Source: Lenisia limosa
Taxonomy: Eukaryota; Protista; Breviatea
Length of the DNA: 44,349 nt
Reading direction: 5' to 3'
NCBI GenBank assembly: GCA_001655205.1
Contig: LPNZ01011015.1
Span: 1-44,349, forward strand
In this document: positions 1 through 17,700 of the stretch, piece after piece
How the letters are laid out: every line of letters begins with the position of its first letter
Numbering within the stretch: the stretch's first letter is position 1
Notes under the pieces: generated by a model
The model's database searches: none
Told to the model about the DNA's origin: nothing
What the model saw: the letters and a program-made list of their open reading frames with translations, nothing else
Program-made: the position numbers and the translations under genes

Positions 1-35
1 ATCACAGTGACAATGTTAAAGACTGGGCTTGAACA

Positions 36-290
36 AAAATATTCCGTAAGGAATAAGGAAAAATAACTAAAATATTAAATAAAATATTCTGTTAGGAATC
101 AGTAGAAATAACTAAATATTTTGTCAGGGAATGAGTAAAAATAACTAAAATATTAACAAAAATATTCTGTCAGGGAATGAGTAAAAATAACTAAAATATT
201 AACAAAAATATTCTGTCAAGAATGAGTAAAAATAACTAAAATATTAACTAAAATACCCAAGAATGAGTGAAAATAACTACAATATTCTGT
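36..290. repeat. AT-rich minisatellite, ~46-bp unit, about 6 degenerate copies, inside an intron of the minus-strand coiled-coil gene
   Basis: Unit AAAATAACTAAAATATTAACAAAAATATTCTGTCAGGGAATGAGTA; ATGAGT recurs at 131, 177, 222 and 263. Confidence 0.9.
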
Positions 291-340
291 ATTTATAGTA
301 CATTAATAAACACGCAATGTAATTGCTGTATTCAACATAC

Positions 341-3300
341 CCGATCTCTCCTGGTCAAGGGCAGTTCGAAGAGACTCCAGCTGCAAAATAATTTGACTGC
401 ATCGGTATTCAAAACAAAATAACAGCATTGAAAGAGCCGATACATACAGTTAACCCAGCCTTGATGTTACTAGACAAACATGAGCGCAACATACCTGTTG
501 CTTTTGATTTGAGAGCTCGCGAGTGTCTGTTTCATGCTGCTCAGCAAAGCGGCGAAGAGAGTCCTGGAGAGTATAAGGAATGACAATGACAGTATCACAC
601 ACACAATATTGTTTAAATTACTCGGCATTTCAGCAAAACATAGAATAGTCTAGCAGAATTGGGGTACCTCCAGTGTGGTTGTGGTCCGGATCATTTCGTG
701 CCTCTCAGTCTCAAGGCTCTTACGCTGATCAAGCAGCTTCTTCTCCANNNNNNNNNNNNNNNNNNNNNNNNNNNNNNNNNNNNNNNNNNNNNNNNNNNNN
801 NNNNNNNNNNNNNNNNNNNNNNNNNNNNNNNNNNNNNNNNNNNNNNNNNNNNNNNNNNNNNNNNNNNNNNNNNNNNNNNNNNNNNNNNNNNNNNNNNNNN
901 NNNNNNNNNNNNNNNNNNNNNNNGAGAAGTGACACAACGAATATGATCAACCAGAAAGGATTCAGAATTCAAGAATCTGTCCATCAAACATCAAGAAATC
1001 TCGTTTTTTTATAATTTTATCCGTTCGACATCACTGTACCAGTGGCAGCACACCTCATTCATTTTCTTCTGCAGGTTATCGATAGAAGCAGAAGACGTTG
1101 TGACTCTGTTCATCAAAGTATCCAGAGCATCCCCTGCGAGTGTTACTTGTGCACATGGATAGGGCAATCAGTAAAAGCTATACATCTGTCCAAGGCTATC
1201 ATAAAAGGATTGATGCTTTTCATGAAGAGAGATCAAAAAAAAAAAAAATCGTCAGAGGTTACAGTCCAAAAAAGAGATTCCCTTTTTTCGATCCAGGCGC
1301 ATGTAAGCTGATAGAGGAACAGAGACCCCCACACCAAAGTTGGCCTGTCCGCGGACTAAGTTCACCTCTTGCTGCGCGGCTTCTTTGATAGCCGTTATGC
1401 TCTGTTGATGCTGCAACTCCTGAACATGTCAAATATCACTATGACTATTACCTACTTATCCTGTCATTAATATGCCACATCCCCCACCTTGGCAGCTATG
1501 ACCTCGGCATGAAGGTTCTTGAGATGGCTGATTTCCCTCTGGTGCCTCTCATGCGTTTCGTCGGTTTTCGACCGCATTTGTCTTTCGAACTTCTCCTCAG
1601 CCAAGGCCACTTCCGACTTGATCTGTGCGAAGGTAAGTGCAAATAAAGTCTCAGAACGGCGACAGGGTTAAACAAAACAAGCGTAATTCAGACAGACCAG
1701 TAGGAAGTATAAAATAAGCAAACCATTACAAAATAATCAACATTGAAAAACAATAGAAGGTACACCAACTCACTTTCGCATGGTTCTGTGTTCGATGTGT
1801 CTCAGACTCCTTGAGCTGAAATGGTGAGATTGGCTCTATGGCCGTTCTAAGACATCTTCGATAAAATCTTATTGGGCTGTAGTCAAGCCAATGCACAGTT
1901 ACAAGTATAATACCAACAACATGTGACCTTCTCACCTTTGTTCTTAACCCCTCAATGGTGGTGGTGAGGGCCACAATCTCAGTTTTGTGCTCACTGACTT
2001 GCGATGTCTGAAGTTATCAGCAGCCTGCTTGACAGGTGCTCATCGTGGTAAATACAACATCAGAAAGTAGGTAACATTAGATGAAACAACATGTTCCTTT
2101 GAGTTTCCCAAAAGACCCACAATTCTGTCTTCGTACTGGACGGATAACCCTGTGATGTTGGTCTGGTGTTGGCGTTGAAGGCTTCAAAATGTCAAAAGAA
2201 AACGTAGAATACGTAAAAAGAAACAGATTGGTCAGGAATGGCACGTTGAATAGAGAAAGAGAGAACAAACCTGTCGTTTTCATTACGGAGTCTGCGAATG
2301 GTTTCCCGAGCCTCCTCCAAACTTGACCTGAAGGGTGTCAATACTGAGAGAGTAGCAACTTGCATTTTATTTCATTTTGTCAGGTTTAGTTTTCCTTTTC
2401 ATTGTGTAATAAAATATCAACAGTATTATTCTATTGCCATGCGACCCACTGCATGGACTGGAGGTCTGCACGGAGACGATCGTTTGTCCCTTGTACGTGG
2501 GCTATAGTGGAGTGCTCCGCTGTGTGGATGATGAAGGTACGATGGTAATATTAATTCCAGACGTGGGTCCGATGTGATCCGTAATATGTCACTATGATAT
2601 TCTACTTGCTACTCTTTGTACATTTGATATTCGACAGCTAAATCAGATATTTGCTAAAGTCTAGCAGAGAAACAAGATATGATGAGCAGATGACCAGAGA
2701 AAGATGGTATGATAAGCAGATGGCCAGAGCAAGATGATTTGATGAGCATACCAGTTCCAGTGTTCCGCTGGGGAGACGGGACAAGTTCGTGGACTGTAAC
2801 ATGAGTACACCAAAACAAAAGCATAGTAGATTAGCTTATTTCTTAATAATAGTCGATAGTGATACCATAGGAATAATAAAAAAATATCTTAACCAGAACC
2901 CACCCGGTGGTTGCCCGGTTCTTGCCGGTGTCTCAGCTCTCTGGGGGCTTCGTGATGGCTCTGATGGCTTGTCCGCGGGCTTCCGATTGGACCTTGAAGC
3001 GGCCACCGCAGTGCCGGCGGCTCCAACTGCCACGCCAGTAACAAGGGCCCCGGCAACCAATTTATCGTTATCTGGGGGTGAGAAAGGGGAGGGAGTGCTG
3101 AGTAAAAAGCTCCAGATTAATAGCAGCTTAACCATGCTGTTGTCCCAATAAAGCCAACCGGACTCCTCTGAGTAGCCTTGGTCGGATTGTTCACTGGCAG
3201 ACTATACAAGTAAATTCGGCTCTGAGAATTGCAAGGAAATCCGGTGAGAATTCCGAACTGCAACACCCAGCTTACCGATGGAGGCGAGTTTTGGAGATGT

Positions 3301-5713
3301 CGTCTTTTCTCCTCAACCCGCAGCTTCATTCGCCCGACATGAGGGTGCATGGACTAAAATGTGATGCTTTATATTGGGCTAATATCATTATCTCGTTATT
3401 ATTCAAGGGTTCTTGCAAAATATTTCCAGTTCAAGATAAGAGTGCTTGAAAACACGGCGAGATGCACAAACCTGGATTTCTCCCGTCTTTGAGTTGACGA
3501 AGTCATCCCCATCAGCCTTCCAAGGAAAGGGCAGTGTAGACTTTGCTGCAATTTCAGCTAGGTATACGAGGGGGCGATCTTCCTAGAATGGAGTTAAAAA
3601 AACAAGGGCAAAAGCAAGAGGATAAAAAAAAAAACTCCATAAAAAATAAAAATAGGAAATGAACTGAGAAATCACCAAAAATGGCTACTTTTCAGGCTTG
3701 GGCCAAGCGGAACCTGCACTCACTTTTTTTTGGGGGTCAATGTCAAGCCATGTACACCATCGGTCAAAAATGGACTGGTTGATGAGAAGGCGCACAGCAC
3801 GGAGACCAAGTACACAAAGTAGATAACACGAGTACACAACAAATCACCACCATGACTCCTTTAATCGCAAAATGACGGTCATACATATCCCGCCCGTTCA
3901 TATCATCCCCTCGTTCCAGGCCTCCATGAGCAGTTTATGCAATGAAGTTGGCAAATACAATTACTCCCCATCACCAACCGTTGTGCCTGCTGTGAGGGGT
4001 CTTGAGGGTTCACGCCTAGGGAGTAAGGTAAAATGCGCTACGCAAACCCACTCTATAATATTTCGTCAATTTGTCATATCTACAAAGGCACCCATCACCC
4101 CCATACGACATGGTACCCGGGGACATGTTTGTTGAATGTTGGGGGGAGTACGGCTGGTGGCCTNNNNNNNNNNNNNNNNNNNNNNNNNNNNNNNNNNNNN
4201 NNNNNNNNNNNNNNNNNNNNNNNNNNNNNNNNNNNNNNNNNNNNNNNNNNNNNNNNNNNNNNNNNNNNNNNNNNNNNNNNNNNNNNNNNNAGATTAATTC
4301 ATAAATCCATAAAGAGCAAGAGGAAGCCCTGGCTTGATTTTCATAAGATGTTAATCCTTGCAATGCTACCGAAGAAACCCAAGCTTACCGCGATATGCTG
4401 GAGTTGGAGAAAGAGGAGGCGAACCAAAGTCACTGTCTGTATCGTAAGCAAAAAGAACAACCATCATGAGTCCGAATGATATACTTTTTCACGCTTTTAT
4501 ATTTCATTTTCCAAAACATTCCATATATTTAACCCCGTGTACCTTCATCTCCTTGACTGAGTGGGGATGGTGGAGAAAGTGCACGCGATGAAGAGGGGAA
4601 GTTGCGGCTGACAAATGAGTACAATAGCTGTCAAAACAATCGACTATGAAGCCAGCCCAAACACTTTAACATCTTGAATGATTACCATACCGTGGGAGAG
4701 TCGGGCCGCCTGGAGCCTTTTTAGGTACAGCATCTTCTTCATCAATGGACGAGGCTAGGGAGGTAACGACTTTGGGAAACAAAAAATCAGCCTAAAATAC
4801 GGGGGGCACGGTCACCACATGTTAACATGATTCATGACAACTATGAACATTCCAAAATGTCTTCTTTCCAAGCCCCACTCGAGAGGTCTAATGGGCTGGA
4901 TCCAACTCGAGGCTTATAGGCATATTGCGAGGGGTTTTTCTGGGAACTGGGAGGGATGAAACATGAAACATGGGGGGAAAAGTCGTTCTTGGGAACAGTG
5001 CAAGGTATAGAAACGTCAATAAAGCCCTATTCCGTTTCAGTTTTCTCAGAAATCAGGCGCTCACCTTATCTTATTAGAGTCGAAGGCGCCCATGAGCTCG
5101 TCATCCTCGTTGTCCGGGGTGAAGGTCTGGAGGGTATGGCGGGTCAACAGAGACCCCAAAAAAACGTTACAAAAAACATAAAATAATAACAAATAGAGCC
5201 CACTAAGAACAATAGACCAATTTGCTTAAATCCATCAGAAAATAAACCCACCAAAGATGTCGCAACCCTTTTTGAATTCCAACACCCACGGTATTTCCTT
5301 CGCCATGGTTAAACCGGCCAGCTGACTGCCTAGCAAGACCCTTGTTTTGACCAAATCTGTGAGAGGTGAAAACAGCCCGCAAGCATTCTCCTCATCTGCT
5401 ATATTAATTCAGATTAGTTTAATATTACCCAGCATCAAGATGAGAGATCAACAAAAACACAAACATAAGGGGAACATGATCAATAGCAGTTAGAGACTTA
5501 GGTAATTGAGCAGTAAGAAAGAAACACTCAGATCTCATATTAGTTATTTGTAGTTATATAAAAGGTATGAAACAAGGTTGATTACCAGAAGAGAGCCTGT
5601 TCTTCTGCCCAAAACTTACTGTCTTCTTCCAAATCGTGGCCGATCTTCAATATCGTCACTGTAAGCTATTTATATTAGAATAATGTTAAGGATCACGCGA
5701 AACACCTACCCAT
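341..5713 (-). CDS. Large multi-exon protein of unknown function: Pro/Ser-rich N-terminal half and coiled-coil C-terminal half; 3' end lies beyond the left edge
   Basis: Series of GT-AG-bounded minus-strand exons, e.g. DDIEDRPRFGRR (~5610-5650), TFTPDNEDDELMGAFDSNKI (~5065-5150), AYDTDSDFGSPPLSPTPAY (~4390-4445), SSLEEARETIRRLRNENDR (~2275-2330), AQIKSEVALAEEKFERQMRSKTDETHERHQREISHLKNLHAEVIAAK (~1490-1630), EKKLLDQRKSLETERHEMIRTTTTLE (~668-745), LESLRTALDQERS (341-381). Candidate ATG at 5713-5711, followed after one base by a GTAGGT donor. Confidence 0.75.
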
Positions 5714-5965
5714 TGTAGAGCTATTTGTTTCCAATTTTACATATTCTGAGAAAAAGTAGCTCTTTTGTGTAGTCTGCTGTCTGTTTTAGAACCTGATAAA
5801 CTTTAAATAGTGATTACCGCTGCGATATCTAGCTATCTAGCAATCTAGCAATCTGGTCTGGCTTCGGTTTTTTTAAAAAAAAAGAGAAAAAAAGTTTCGT
5901 ATTTTTTAGAAGCCGAAATTGCATTTAATAAATCGTTTTTTCTTCAGTCGTTTTTCAAGTTCAAA
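5714..5965. promoter_or_regulatory. Putative bidirectional promoter region
   Basis: 252-bp AT-rich spacer with A/T tracts between divergent start codons at 5713 (-) and 5966 (+). Confidence 0.55.
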
Positions 5966-6914
5966 ATGGCAAAGGAAAGCAAGAATAAGAAGACCGAGGA
6001 AGTCCCCCTGTTCAAGAAGGCTTTTATGATGGGGCAAAAGTGGACAGATGTATTGGGGGGCATAATTCAATTTCAACATCGTAATGATATCTCTTGTTTA
6101 CTCATCAGGAGGAGCTACGGGACGTGTCATACTGGGTGAAGCAGCCAATCATTGCCATGATTGGCATTGTCTTTGGGCTTATTGGCTACCAAGGAGCAAT
6201 GGGATTCACCATGTAGGCGGTGTTTACAAACGGTTTGTTTTCACACATCTTCAGCACCGCCTTCTTGATGTACAACTTCTTCGAGCTCTATCTGAGGTTC
6301 CTTGGAGTTGACCCTTCTACTCTCACTGGTATGTGTATCGGGGAGCAGTTACATTAATATGAAACACTCTTAGCTAAGACAATAGCTTTCATTTGATGGT
6401 TTTTGGGCAACCTTGGATTTCTATTGCTACAGTTGTTTTTGTTTTAGTAATAAGGAAAATAGAAAGTAGTGTCATATGCCACTAAGCGGTAATATCAAAA
6501 TTAGACTCCAATGTAACAGCCCCCAAGTTTGCATGTTTGCATAATTGCTGTATTTCGAATAATGGAAAGAGGCTCTAGAGTAGTGGCCCCAGGTTTATTG
6601 TCTGTTTTGTTGTAATATTTGGTGTTTATTTATTATTACCCCCTAATGTACACCAGAGGACGGATCAACATTTCTCTACGCCAAAGAGGGAGGCATGACT
6701 TCCTTTGCCCTCTTCGTGGTAAGTGGCTCTCTTATCGCTGAACTGCTTCTCTCCATAACATCTCTGCTACAATTATGTTGAGTTCGTCTTCTCCATCCTG
6801 CATAAACTCACTACACACCAAAGTTATTGTCAGCTTTAACTCTCCCAGCTGGCGTGGGGGGTGACGTTCACAATGATGCACCATTCGACTGATTTTATTC
6901 TTCCGTTTTTTTAA
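5966..6914 (+). CDS. RAB5IF: Rab5-interacting family (RAB5IF/OPTI, EMC6-like) small membrane protein, 5 exons
   Basis: Spliced product: MAKESKNKKTEEVPLFKKAFMMGQKWTD/EELRDVSYWVKQPIIAMIGIVFGLIGYQGAMGFT/ITAFLMYNFFELYLRFLGVDPSTLT/EDGSTFLYAKEGGMTSFALFV/LAWGVTFTMMHHSTDFILPFF*. It matches the family pattern recalled from human RAB5IF (DEFLDVIYWFRQ ... KEGFMTSFALF). Confidence 0.85.
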
Positions 6915-7230
6915 TACTGCCATGGTCATTTAGTGAAGCCTACAAGAGATGGCAGTTTTTATTACTGTGAAGAAGTAGACTGTTTCTCAGCTGAACAAGA
7001 TGTTCAGTAATATATTATGTGTTTATTGATGTGGCCAAGTGAATGAGTCGAAGGAGTGTTCACCCTAGTGAGTATTTTGTAGTTTTTTCTAGAATAGATA
7101 GGGACATGCAGCAGCAGCAGAGAGTAGAAAAGGGGGTATAAAAACCAGCAGTTCGTGGTCCAAAGTATCGCCTTTTAGCTTTGACAAATTTCGGCTCAAG
7201 CCTTTTATACCATTTTAGCTTGCCGCAAAT

Positions 7231-11672
<4,442 letters not shown>

Positions 11673-11746
11673 AGTTATGTTATGGTTAATACAGGTCTTT
11701 TAGAGTTTTTACATGGGAAACAGTTTACATTGGATATCGGAAACAC

Positions 11747-14700
11747 TTAAATATATCTACCTCTGCCGCCGCGTGAGCCTCTACTGGCCCCACCGCGCCC
11801 CCTGCCCCGGCTGCTAAACTTGACCTCCGCGTGCCTGCGAAAAACATTAGGTAAAACAATACAATCAAAACATGGGCGTTGAGTGTACATGAAGTGGAGA
11901 TCACCCTCCCACCATGCTCGACAATACTGCGACAGGAACGAGTCGCAATTCACACATGCTGGAAAAGTAAGCAAACATCGAGATGGTTACCTTTGACTTT
12001 GGTGAGCCCTAGGGGGTGTGGCGTCTTTTGTTCGCTGAATCGCACAATCACCTTTTTGGCATGACAATCATCACACACAGTCTTCGAGACCCTGTATATG
12101 TATTATGTCATGAGAATAGCACGAGGGGTATTGTATGTATGTATGTATAAGTTGGAAAAGCTGAAGATATATAAATATTATGTAGTAATCATATATCGAT
12201 ATGCATATCGAGGGTTTAGATTCAATGTTATTCTCCGTTCAACATAGACTCTAAGAAATTATAGACAATTTACAGCTTCCATAGACCAGAGACTTGATAC
12301 TAACCCACGTGACAGAAGACGCGGCAGAAGGCAGGGACACCACAACGTTACAATTGTTACACTCCATGCGTAGCTTTGCCGCCGCCTTAGACGTGAGATT
12401 CCACATTGAAGGAATACAAAGCGGACACTGTTTGCAAGGTTTTATCAAACATAATAAATAAGATTTTGGACATGTGTTGATATTTGAGTTTAGACAACCA
12501 GGCTCTATTTATCGATCCTCCACCCACACTGTTGACAGCCAGATAGCCAGTCGGGCATTCGGGGCAGGTGGCGACGGCGTTGGACGCAAGACTGTACTCA
12601 CAGGTGGGGTGCGGACAGTGACAACAAGCCATGCCTAATGAGAGTCAAGGTATCATGTAGTCTGGAACTGACAACTTTGTAAGGCCTTCCTATGATAATA
12701 TCCTGACGATCTACTATACTGTCCTGAAATCCCTGAGAGAATACTGCCCAATTACCGGGACCAATGTCTTCAAACGGGGGGTTGTTGTAGCAACATCTAC
12801 ATAGGCTTGAGCAAAGAGGATGTTTATATCGTTAATTACTACATAATATATGGTATCATATGATATGATTGATATTGGATGATAGAGTGAATCTTACGGG
12901 TGTGAATCTTACGGGCAGAGTGGGGTTTCTTTTGAAGTGCAATGAAGCAGCAACTGGAAGCCGTCCAAGGGGCATTTATTCTCCTAGAAGGGTGTTAGGG
13001 TCAGAGAAACGTATCTCTCAAAAAATTTATAATCTTCCAAATAGTGAAAAGAATAACCAACGAAATACAAAAGAGCCCCCAATTACATTGTACAGTTTGA
13101 CTGTTCCAATTGGAGGCAAGTTGTACGTTTCATTGCAAGTCATACAGTGCAATCTTTGGGGCCTAGTGCTGGGTAAAAAGGGGAAGCACTCGACGAAAAA
13201 GCAGAAACGTAAATGACCTGCTATCAAGTCCGACAAGCGCCCACCTTTGTTCAATGAAATTGAGAAATCTTCGACATTTGCCGCATCTCGAATAGGCCTT
13301 CCCTACAACGATAAGAACCAGAAAAACGTTCAGGGTATATCATGTGTTAGAATACACCCTGAAAAGCTTACCGGTTTCGGCAAGAGGAGAGAAGTGGGCG
13401 GAAAAAAGAGCATCCATCTTTTTGACCTACATAATAAGCAGATTTTCATTGTCAAATCACAAACTAATCATAATAAGAGGAACATTGAAATAAATATTCA
13501 AATTTTATCCACATTCCTTTGGAAAGGGAGGCTTGGACCTACATTGGCCACGAAGTAGAGGAACTTCTCTTTGAATGTATTGAGAATGTGGGCAAGAACC
13601 GCATCCTGATGAAGTGAAAATCATATTCTTGCTCCTGTGTAATACAACATCAGCAGCAGACACCACTAAAAATTGCCAGATCATACTGTTTGGTCTTTTT
13701 CACATGTGCATAATACCATTTTCCGCAAATGGTACGACCTCATATCCACTCATACAATAATTGACCCACATCTCTGATACCCTCGGATGAACTCTCATGC
13801 TATCCATTGTTTCGACTCAAAAGTCAGTTATATGATCAGATACTCCCCCCCCCCCCCNNNNNNNNNNNNNNNNNNNNNNNNNNNNNNNNNNNNNNNNNNN
13901 NNNNNNNNNNNNNNNNNNNNNNNNACGTAGGATCGAATCCTTCAATGCGTCAAATGGAACCAAGAACGCACGCGAAAAGAGAAAAAAAAAAGAAAGAGCC
14001 AGCATACGTGGGTAACACTAGTTCAGGGTCAATGATATGGTATCCCTTTGCGAGACAAATGCCAAGAGTGGAGGGGATGACCAATCGGTTACTTCCTTCA
14101 ATAGCCACCTGCAGAATTAAAAAGGAGCAACAGAGAGGCTTTTAAGCTAACGCGGATTTGGTAACGCAAGGGAAGCATGGATTATTGATGCAAAGGATTA
14201 TTAGTTCACCACCCCCAAACATAGTTTCTGTTTGTGATTGTGTTGATATGGACGGGGATGGAGGCGTCAGTTCCAATTCCATTTTGCTCCATCTTTATTG
14301 GGTTTGGTAACAAATTAAAAAAACTGGATCGAGACTTTAACCTCTTGTATAACAACACAAAAGGAAAGGAAAGGAAAGGAGAGAATACATTACAAAAACA
14401 CTATCCATATTAGCAACTTTCAAATAGTATGAATTAGTGCACATCACCAATTTACCTTGTCGATGAGGTCAGATTCAGTCAGGTACTCCGGAGGCGCTGT
14501 ATTTCCCGCCTTAATGTCCACTCCAGTTAGTCGCACCGTGGAGCCCTGAGGGTCATTACTGTCCCTAATGGACCAAAGACTCGTCCACCCTGAGAACAAC
14601 AGAAGAGGAGCCCTGGTTAATAAAAAGGCCAAAATTGTGGAATTGTATCAAAAAAGTTATTTCGGAAATTCTCTTGATCCGAAACTTCAGCGCTGCTGCA

Positions 14701-17700
14701 TAAATAGCCTCCCACCGGAAGAACATTGGGCATTTCAGTAAGTTCGTCCGACTGCCCCTTCAAAAGCGCGGTCCACCCGGGAGAGAGCACCTGCTTGCCT
14801 AAATAACCGTGAAAACACAATTTCATAAGACGATGAGCCGAAATAGTTACAGCCTTGAATGATCATTTATCATACCTCTGTATACAAACGTTTCTGACTC
14901 GACTTTGACGACTACTTTGGCCGTTTGGTATCGTGCATCAGGCAGGAGTGAGGCAAGGAAATGACGAAGAACATAGTCGTAAACCTGCGAGGGGGGCGTT
15001 ATTTGTTATTTGGAAAAAATCAATTTGTTGAAAAGCTGCCATTATTCACCTCCTAAAACAGAAAACAACAACGTTGCCATCAACTGGACAACCACCAAGA
15101 CAAATAAGGTAAAGATTCTTTCATCCCATCAACCAGGAAGTCTTGGCCGGAAAGCTGCCCTCCAGAAAGTCGTTGGGGAGTGATGGGAGGATGGTCCCCT
15201 GCATCTTTTCCTCCTAATGGTTATGATAAAAGAAAAGAACACATCATCACACACTTGGCAAAGTCTGTGTTTATCACAAAAACAAAATAATAGGGATTGT
15301 AACTACGAACAGGTACCAAAATAGTCTGAAAAAACAAAAAATAATATCGATGTTCAATATTACGAGCAAAGACATACAATACAGTCAAAAACAAAGAGTA
15401 AAGCCCACCTTTGGGACACTCTATTTTGGAGGATAGCAGCTGTGAGGTGTACTTGGAGCTTGAGAACAGTGAAAATGGTCAGGTTGGAATAATAGTCAAT
15501 GTTTCAGAATAAGAAAATAAGAGTGTATCTATTGATTATCTTTTCAAGTGGATAGCAATGCCCAGTCCCACTATGTCCCTTCAAGTGGATAGCAATGCCC
15601 AGTCCCACTATGTCCCGCCATGTACGTTGCTGACTGCTTCGTTCAGGTTTGTTGACGGGCTGTACTTGGTGGACTCGGTTCGGGGGTAGGATATCAGCCC
15701 TTAAACAGATTAAGGATATCAGCCCTTGGACAGATTATGGACACGGTTGTGAAATTGCTCATCATAAAAGCTGTTGATTATGTGTTTGTACCTTGGATAT
15801 AGAGCCTCTCAGCAATATGCATTGTGGCTTGAGGGGCAATGCCAAAAGACTTGGAGCACACCTGAAGCGATCATTTCTCAATAATAAAGTGCTGGACAAA
15901 TTAAACGTCCAAATCAACCCTAGAAGGTTGCCCATACTTTGAGGAGTTCGACCGTATTCAGGCCTGGAGGCCTCTGCTTTCGGCTTTCTGAGTTTTCAAC
16001 AGACACCACCTAAATCCAAGTAAAACCTTCTCATCAATGCACTGTCGTTCAGCCAAATACAGCCCTCGAACCTTGGCTTCGGCAGCCCCCTCTTTGACAA
16101 CGCTGAGGAACAGTTCGGCTACTGAGCGATCAAACACACGCCCTCGCTCCCTGATCCGTAATTTGTTATTAAAAAGTGTGCGTGAAAATGTACATACTAT
16201 ATATACTATTTAGTATAATATGTGAGAGCAGTGGGATAAACAATGTCTTGCTCTAAGTGTGATTCTTTGTAACTGCCTAAGTCATAATAGCTTCTTTTGT
16301 CTCATTAGATTCCATACAAATGCCCAATTACCACTCCATTGAGAATCGGTTCTGTAGACATGCGCTGATGGACCAAAAGGGCTCGGGGACAAAGTGCTGG
16401 ATTTCAAAATGCCTAAAATTGTGGTAATAGACCAATTTGTATTGGTGTAATTGTAATCCATCAGTAGTATCCACAATTTCGCACCTGTCAACACAGAAGC
16501 CAAGGGTCGGGGTCTGGCAGGGGCCGTAACTGACAACACCTGCATCAAGGTCGCCATAGGAGCCTTGGAAGTACTTGGTTTGGAACCGGGTAAACGCAAT
16601 GCCAACCTAAGGTGCATTAAGGGTACACAAGAAGCTGTTTGATCAATTATACACTGCCAATCCTCTTCCAATGCCCAAGGCCCATGAACATCAGCCTGCC
16701 GACCTTCAAGTCAAGCTCCTGCCGCACGTCCACTGCGTTCGATTCCGCCTCATTGGGGATTGAGAGGTTGTCGAAGGCGGCTTTGATCTCGGAGGCCGTA
16801 ATGGCTGCGTGGCATTATTGTGAGCAAGAAGAAACTCTACTATTTGGTAGATACAAAAAAACTGCCACAATTTGACAAGAATTTTTTGGTGATGTCCAAA
16901 TTATGCTCTCTGGAGATCACCTTATACATTGAGATGAGATGCAAGAAAAAAAGAGTGAAAAGGCAATTTAGAAAGTTGGCAAATTTATTACTTTCCCACC
17001 CGAGAATTTGGCTCGAAAGACATTGTGCCCCAATTTTGGCTTTGCAGTCATCACAGACCCAACGACTTTGAGAACTTCAAAACAGATGTTTTCTCCTTCT
17101 CTGTCGCAATCCAACCTGACAAGGTGATTAAAATGCAAATTACAGCATATTATGGCAGACAAAACTCACCAAAGTACGACTGCGTCAACCCCTGATCCTT
17201 CACGTTTCAAGTGACTGACAACTTTTTCCTGGATTATTTGAGTTTCATGAATTTCGCAATTAAAACCCCCAAAGCTACTCATTTTACACGAATTCCAAGT
17301 AATGGGACAGATGTCCAATCTGCAGCACCAATATTCATTCAATGAAACTCATTATGCAATTATACAAAATTTCTGAAACGGATTCGCACACCATTTTGCC
17401 AGCACTTCTGACGGTGGGTGCTCTGAACAGGTCCACAGGACTGACGTGGTCCCAGGAGTTGAACTCATCGGGAAAGTCAATACTAAAGGCATTCAGAACA
17501 TTATTATTACAAGAAAATGAGATGAAAAGAGCCATCTTCCTTAAAAAAAAGCTGTTTACGAGACTCCATTATTCAACCAGATTCCCATATAATTGGTTCA
17601 GAGACCAAAACTAATTGCAACAATGCCCTGTTTGTTAAATTACTATATATTTTCTCTATCGCCATGTCTTTCATTTCACTCGATTAAGCCGTACCCTATT

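Noticed and set aside
2669-2750. ATGATGA box C-like motifs suggesting a snoRNA
   Set aside because: They are antisense to the host transcript, lack a matching box D and terminal stem, and are explained by a tandem repeat.
6732-6929. 65-aa minus-strand ORF that looked like a small gene
   Set aside because: It lies opposite the last intron and exon of RAB5IF, which explain the region.
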